DNA of 63,924 nucleotides, filler included, from It is 6 parts of 6 records of this genome, joined end to end, with 100 filler letters (N's around TTAATTAATTAA, not from the genome) between each part and the next. Parts side by side here need not be neighbours in the genome. Positions count along the whole stretch, not along the records: positions 57,977 to 63,924 come from SRR2962707_4796; 5 more parts are not named here. One strand, 5' to 3'. Shown piece by piece: positions 57,877 to 63,924 of this stretch (position 1 is its first letter; each line of letters starts with the position of its first letter). The notes under the pieces were generated by a model. It saw only the letters and a program-made list of their open reading frames with translations, ran no database searches and was not told where the DNA came from. The position numbers and the translations under genes were made by a program.

Positions 57877-57976
57877 NNNNNNNNNNNNNNNNNNNNNNNN
57901 NNNNNNNNNNNNNNNNNNNNTTAATTAATTAANNNNNNNNNNNNNNNNNNNNNNNNNNNNNNNNNNNNNNNNNNNN
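57877..57976. other. artificial contig linker
   Basis: N44-TTAATTAATTAA-N44. Confidence 0.98.
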
Positions 57977-58145
57977 ACTCACGAACTCACTCACGAACTC
58001 TCTCTCCGTCACAGAGCTCGAACAAACACTCTCCCCGCTCACGACGAGCTCACGACTCGCGAACTCCCCACGCACTCACGAACGAACTTACTCACGAACG
58101 CGAACTCGCGCACTCTCTGCCTGCCACTCTCACGAAGTCACGAAC
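57977..58145. repeat. degenerate CTCACGA(A) repeat cluster
   Basis: About 8 copies of (C)TCACGA plus CTCGCG variants within about 170 bp at the contig start. Confidence 0.6.
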
Positions 58146-58595
58146 CAACGCGCGCAAGCGTGAAGAACACTTCACTCACGTGGGTTGACGAACGATCGAT
58201 CGACAGGTGAGCTTGCACGTGCACAGATTGAGGGCGTAATGGCGGAGACTCAGCTTGCAGTTGCAGAGTGCTGCGTTTTCCTCGAAGAACATTGCAGGAA
58301 ATTCTTTTTTTTTTTCGTTTTTTTTTTATATTCCGCACACACCACCGCGCCACCTGCTCTGCGAAACGAGGTGTGCACTCTCTGTGGCCTGGGCGAACGG
58401 GACGACCTGTCGTTCTGTCCCCTCCCTTGCGTGTTTGAGATTCGGTTGAAGCAGCAGCGTTGCGGTCCCAGTTCACGGACGATGAGGTTGTTTTGACTCT
58501 GTTTTTTTTATTTTTTCTTCCCCTCCAATACTTACAGTACGAGGCATTCAGAGCACGTTTGAAAATTCGTGGTCCAGTCGGCGAATATTGCCGCC

Positions 58596-60936
58596 ATGAA
58601 CGGCTCTGGGCGCAAGGCGTCCTCGCCTGAGAAAATGTCGTCTTCTTCAGTCAGCAGCGTACCGCAAGCGTTGTTGTCGATTCAAACCTACTTCACCAAA
58701 CACGAGAAAGAGAAGCTTGCGTGGGCTCGCGAGCGCCAGCAGCTCCGCCAGAGGGTGCGCGAGCTGGAAGACCAACTGCTTCGATTGTCAGGCGCTTCAG
58801 GCGCTGGAGCTGCTGCTGCTGACGCAGCCACAGCGACGCTGCGGGCAAGGCGGACTGGCTCTGGAAACTTTGTGGCGGAACTTGGGCATGCCGAGACTCG
58901 GCCAGTGTTCCCAGGCGTCAGCCCCGACAAAAAGTATCAGACCTTCGGCGGCCGGTTGAAGAGCTCGCTTTTCAAAGGCTCGCTTAGGCGCAATTCGATC
59001 CTGAAGCAGTTCCTCGTCACGTTTGGTCTCAATGACAACAAAGGCGACGAAGGAGTGAGCGGTCGCAAAGCGACGGGAACTAGCCCGAGCTCGAGTCCAA
59101 CACACTCCAAGTCACAAACCGGAAGCAATGCGAGCAGCCCAAGTGGAGTGCCCAAGGCAGCTTCGCCATCCCCTGCCCGACAGCGCAGCCTTAGCAGCGG
59201 GAGCAATGTAAGCACGAAAAATACGGACTTGTCTCACATCGACAAACTCTCAGATAAAGCTCTGGATGATATGCAGCGTCTGATGATTCAGAACACAACG
59301 AAGGGCGGAGCAGCAGCAGCGAAGCTGCGCGCCTACCAGCGCGATTTGGAGGAAATGCGGCGGGCTTCGGGAAGTGGGAGTGACTCTGGTGGCGGCGAGA
59401 GCGGGTCTTTGCGCATTGCACAAAGAAGTTCAACCTCGCTCTTTGGGATGAAGTCAGTTTTTCGGGCGCATGTTGGTGGCATTCATGCACTTCACGCTTG
59501 TTCGGATGGCCGACGTTTTCTCACAGGAAGCGACGATGGTTTAGTAAAACTGTGGTCCATCACGAGTAGCTCTGCTTCTGGTAGCACGACCCCTGATGCG
59601 AGCGAGCAGTGTGTTCGGGTCCTCCGAGGGGCCGCGACTGGTCCTGTCTATGCTACGGCGTATGTACCCAGCGAGGGTGGTGGTTCTGGGAGTGGCGGCC
59701 TTGTTCTCGCTGCGGGGCGCGACCCTGCCATTAATATCTGGCGTGTTGGCGCTGCGGGAAGTGATGAAGATCGCGAAAATGATACACCTTTCACGTCAAC
59801 ACAAATTCGTGCGCACTCTGACGCTGTGTGGGCGATCGTTCCCAGGGGTGGAGATAGTGGTCAGATCTTAACTGTGGGTGCAGATGGATTTGCCAGTTTC
59901 TTGGATGTTCACAGCTTCCTTCGGCTTGAGCGTTCGGCTGTTGCGAGTGCGTCCACTGGTTGCATGCTTTTGAGGCCGGCAATGAAATCTTCACCTTTTC
60001 CGAAATGCTTGTTAGCTTACGCTCTGTCGTCTGATATTGCATCGGTATGTGGCCAGGTGGACAACCATCTGCGAAGCCAGAAATTGTGCATCGATTTGCG
60101 TTCGAGTCCCAGGTGTCGGCTGCGACCCCAAATCCAACAGCTGCGGTTTGTTTGACCGGCATTGCTGTTGGCGATTTCTCCTTACATTTCATTTTTTTGA
60201 ATGTGAGCTAAGACTGTGCTGTGCTGTGTTGCTTCTTGACGTGGGTAGACCTTTTTGCACGGCCCTTCTGCAGGACGTGGCGGAGGGTGCGTTGTGGCGT
60301 TTGACGTTTCGACGCTCATTCACTTTGATCTGGAAACTGGGCGTCGTGTTGCAACCCTGAATCCGGACGCTGCCCGACCGGTCGATTTGCATCCGTGCGT
60401 CATGTGCATGTATGATGACTGAGCCACGTTGCGCACCCGTCGTCGTGTTGTTAACCTTTGTGAAAATCTGCGCCGGTGGTAGATATTGTGTGGTGTGTGA
60501 TCCTTCAACTGGACTAATTTTTTCGGGTCACGAAAGTGGAGATATTCTCTGCTGGGACGTCCGAACAAATGGTGCTTCTGTCGGTAGTAGCGGTGGCAAA
60601 AAAAGCAATGGTGCAGGGTGCGACTTCCGATTCCCTAAAGCCCATGACAAGGCCGTGTGCACATTGTGTATCGATCAAGCATCTCCAGGGGGGGTGCTGG
60701 TTTCTGGATCAGCCGATGGTGATGTGAAAGTATGGGACTTACGAAATACCTCTGCTTCGACATCGTCGCCAACGCAGACGAGTTCGTCACCTTCAGCAAA
60801 TTGTTGTAAGCCAATGCAGAAGATTGTTCAAGCTCACCTTGGTGGAGTGTTTGGCCTTCAGCAATTCCAACATGGACAGCAAATGATTTCTTGCGGAGCT
60901 GACGGAATCGTTAGGTTTTACGAGCGCCGAGAGTAG
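58596..60936 (+). CDS. striatin-like WD40 protein (multi-exon)
   Basis: N-terminal LLSIQTYFTKHEKEKLAWARERQQLRQRVRELEDQL resembles the striatin coiled coil. WD repeats TGSDDGLVKLW, AGRDPAINIW, SGHESGDILCWD, SGSADGDVKVWD and SCGADGIVRFY. Confidence 0.72.
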
Positions 60937-61014
60937 TCGTCGAGTCATTGTTTACATTAGAGTATACTGGCCAATAATAGGAATTTGTCACGCAAGTTGC
61001 AGCTCGCGGGTATT

Positions 61015-63406
61015 TCACCGGGAGGGATACGCTGAGGGGTACCGCCTTGTGCTTCGGAGTTGCGCACTTGCAGGTCGTGGAGCACTACTAATGGATGAAG
61101 TTCCCGCTCGAAGGCGCAATGCTTGCCGTTCTCTCAAGATTTGCTCGCGAAGGTGCGCGTTGTCACGCTACATCCAAGCAGGTCCACGATTTCAAAATAA
61201 GGGAGTTTCATTAGAAATTCGGAACTCGAACAAATAGACAAGCGAGCAATTTGTGCACCAATTTCAACCACAGCTACGCACCTCTAACTCAGTGACGTGA
61301 CGTGAAAGCGCGCCGGCCTTGCGGTGTAATTGCATGACAGTGTGGCGCAAAAAATGGTTCCATCATCACATGGCACAGACTTCTCATCAAAAGACACAAA
61401 TCCACAATGCCAAGCCATTCATGCGCCTCCAATTCCTTCGTACCTCCCGCTGAGAGTCGGTCAAGTCACGCCGCAAATAAGACTGACCCAGCTGCAATTG
61501 TTCAAGTTGCCGGTTAAGATCCCGGTTTGTTGTCTTCAGCTGTTCTGCGACGGCACGGCAACGCTTTTTTTCAACCAAGAGGCATTGCTCTAGCCTCCGA
61601 GCATCCTGCACCAAAACAGCATAAGCTTGTTTACGAAACCTTGTTCACGAAACGCTGGGAAGAGAGTAAATAAGCTGGGCGCGAAATGTGGGAATTAAGC
61701 TAGCGCTCGCGCGCATACTCGTACCTGGCTGGCAGAGTCCGACAGAGCTTTCTCTGTCCGAGCAATTTGCGATCGAAGCGTATCGATTACGGTATTCTTC
61801 TCAGAGCACTCCTCTTTTAAAGCGTGAATCTGATCTTGCATCGCTTGCTGGCTTTCTACAGACTCTTGGAAATGCGTCTGCAAAGCTGCCAGCGATGCCT
61901 CTGTATTTGCAGTTGCAACACGAACTTCGTTCAATTGCGAGCTCCTCATCTCTTCAATCTTCTTTTGTAGCTGCGCAACCTGTTCGCGGAGAAATTTTAT
62001 TGTTTGGTTCTTTCTCGCGCATGAAGCACAAGGTTGGGCCCGTGAAGGGGGGGAAGGACGGCTGCCAGGGCTCAGATTATGCGGCAACGCGGCACCGGCG
62101 GTTGAAGGGCGTGGGTCATCGTCAGAGCTCGCAGCAGAGGGTGTATTCATATCTGACGCCTTCATGCCGTGAAAAGTGTCTAGTAACGGTGACGATGAAC
62201 GCTCTCTGATGGCAGATGCTTCAAAAAACACAATGCAAGGAACATGATGTTCACCTGCGTAGCGGTCAAGAAACACACGTGTGGCGCAGCAGTGGTTAGG
62301 GCAGTCACAGCGCAACGCAAACCAAAACGTGGCTCGGAATGCATTGCCACGCAGAGGTGACGCCTGAAGAAAAACCAAAATTCTTGAATCATCAGCGGAA
62401 AAAACACTCAGAACTTTCACACACCTCCGGCTGGCTCGAAAACGTTACGAGCGCCAAACTGATTCGGATGCAGCATAACGATGTGATCGTCGTCACAAAA
62501 GAACCAATTGGTGCCACGGCGCACGTAAGCCACATAGTGGCCAGCATCAACTGACTGCCCGGCGTGGCAAACTACTCCGCAGCAATGGTAGTTCAAACTT
62601 GACTTTCCCTCCAGCTGGAAATCACGTAGTGGAATGCTGATAGAGCGTTCGTCCTTTATATTTCGAATTGCGCGGTACCCGCGTCGTTGAACACCTCGAA
62701 CACGCTTGATGTAGATCGCCAGGAACTTTGGACCAGGGAGAACAACGCTCGCTTGTTTGGACTTGACAATCTCCACCGTCTTGGACAAGCTGAATGAGAA
62801 TCTACCCGGTCTTTTCTCTTGCACAACGTTGCGCTCGTCGTAGGATGCAGCGATGCAGGCATTCAGTTCTGGGAAAACAGGCTCCACGATCAAACAGCTA
62901 TGAGATTCAGTCGCCGACATCACATGCTTCGAGTCCAATTGTCGGTAGCCAAGGTCACGCGTCTCAAAGTGCTGAACATCCATCGAAAAATTGAAAGGAC
63001 TGATTTCATCGAGGTCGCCATAGAGTTTATCTAAGAAGCGCAGAAAGAACTCCCCAGCATCGCACTGCGCAAGGCACACTTGCTGGTGGCAATTGCGGAA
63101 AAGACCGTTTATGAACTGCTCATCAACACGAACACCAAAGCCAACTATGAAGTCTGGCACGCGGGTGAACGCCATTTTCTCGTCCTCGCTAACGAGGACA
63201 TTCAGAAGTTCCCAAAATTCCTCCTGGAGTCTCCCTGTTTTGGGCAGCATGCTACGCGTCCACGGCAGACTCGCAAGGCACTGGAAAACCGCATTCTGAT
63301 AGCAGAAGTTGCTCACGCGGCCGTCTGCTCGATGAAGCTCACAGCATGGCCGAATCCGAGGATTCGGAAGACCAACTGGGTGTGGGGACACTTCATTCGA
63401 CCCCAT
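61015..63406 (-). CDS. ubiquitin-specific protease (C19/USP) with C-terminal coiled coil (multi-exon; 5' end uncertain)
   Basis: Cys box GLPN...NFCYQNAVFQCL, QCDAGEF, His box GVVCHAG....GHYVAY and WFFCDD. A phase-1 GT-AG intron (62255-62424) joins it to GEHHVPCIVFFE and the coiled-coil exons. Confidence 0.78.
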
Positions 63407-63924
63407 TGTTGAAGGAGATATCCGACCGAGCGATACCTACATCGAGCCCGGGGCTCGAAGAAGCCACTCGCTGCAGAAAAAAAGAAAAACAAACGCGCAA
63501 ACAGAAAAGACTGAAACCAGCTAACGAAAGAAAAACAGATTGTCCAACACGGCAGAGACAGAGAAGCAATCGCAAAGAAGCAAGTCCGTTCAAGTCAAGC
63601 AAGTGAGGGATGTATGAATGTTTGTATGTGTATGTACAGTGTATGTTGTATGTTTCCGCTTCATCCCAATGGGTGTGGGGATGGCGGGGCGACGACCTTC
63701 ACATCCTCGAGGAATGAATTGATTCCGCACTGGCTCCAACACCGCGGAAAGCTACACGTGAGGACGTGAGCGAGCTGCTTGCTGCGCGTGGACTGCAGCT
63801 TGCTCACTCGTCGTGCGCGTGAGCGTGCGCGTTCGAGCGAGGAGTGTGCGAGGCGGGGAGCGTTGAGTGGGCTCAAAACACAACGCACTCGCTCAACTCT
63901 CACTCTCACTCCCTCTCACTCTCA

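Overview
This window is not one genomic locus. It is six unrelated contigs joined by identical 100-nt linkers (N44-TTAATTAATTAA-N44, stops in all six frames). Contig 1 (1-6814) is alphaproteobacterial, Thalassospira/Rhodospirillales-like, and carries cobB, a YcgN-family gene, a soluble PAS-PAS chemoreceptor, an MBL hydrolase, an RsbQ/KAI2-like hydrolase, DUF1150 and Hsp20. Contig 3 (13405-38031) is alphaproteobacterial, Rhodobacteraceae-like. It starts in tRNA-Ser(TGA), followed by an accessory-looking region: a DeoR/ABC/isomerase/split-transketolase/FGGY-kinase cluster resembling D-apiose catabolism, a three-gene operon, an orphan with a possible Cyt-toxin fold, a GAF-GGDEF-EAL gene, a GST and oxidative L-arabinose genes. 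Contigs 2, 4, 5 and 6 are intron-containing protist DNA: MCM9, a giant DENN/RGS/coiled-coil gene, PinX1-like G-patch, NOL8-like, PPR, striatin-like WD40 and a USP. The best candidate for an undescribed system is the minus-strand operon at 24173-29642. It encodes a wHTH/degenerate cyclase/TPR sensor-regulator, a soluble vanadium-haloperoxidase/PAP2-fold enzyme with an N-terminal (Ser-Ala-Tyr)9 repeat whose variation is entirely synonymous, and a translationally coupled cytoplasmic S8 protease with an intact triad. All family assignments are by-eye motif recognition; no searches were run.
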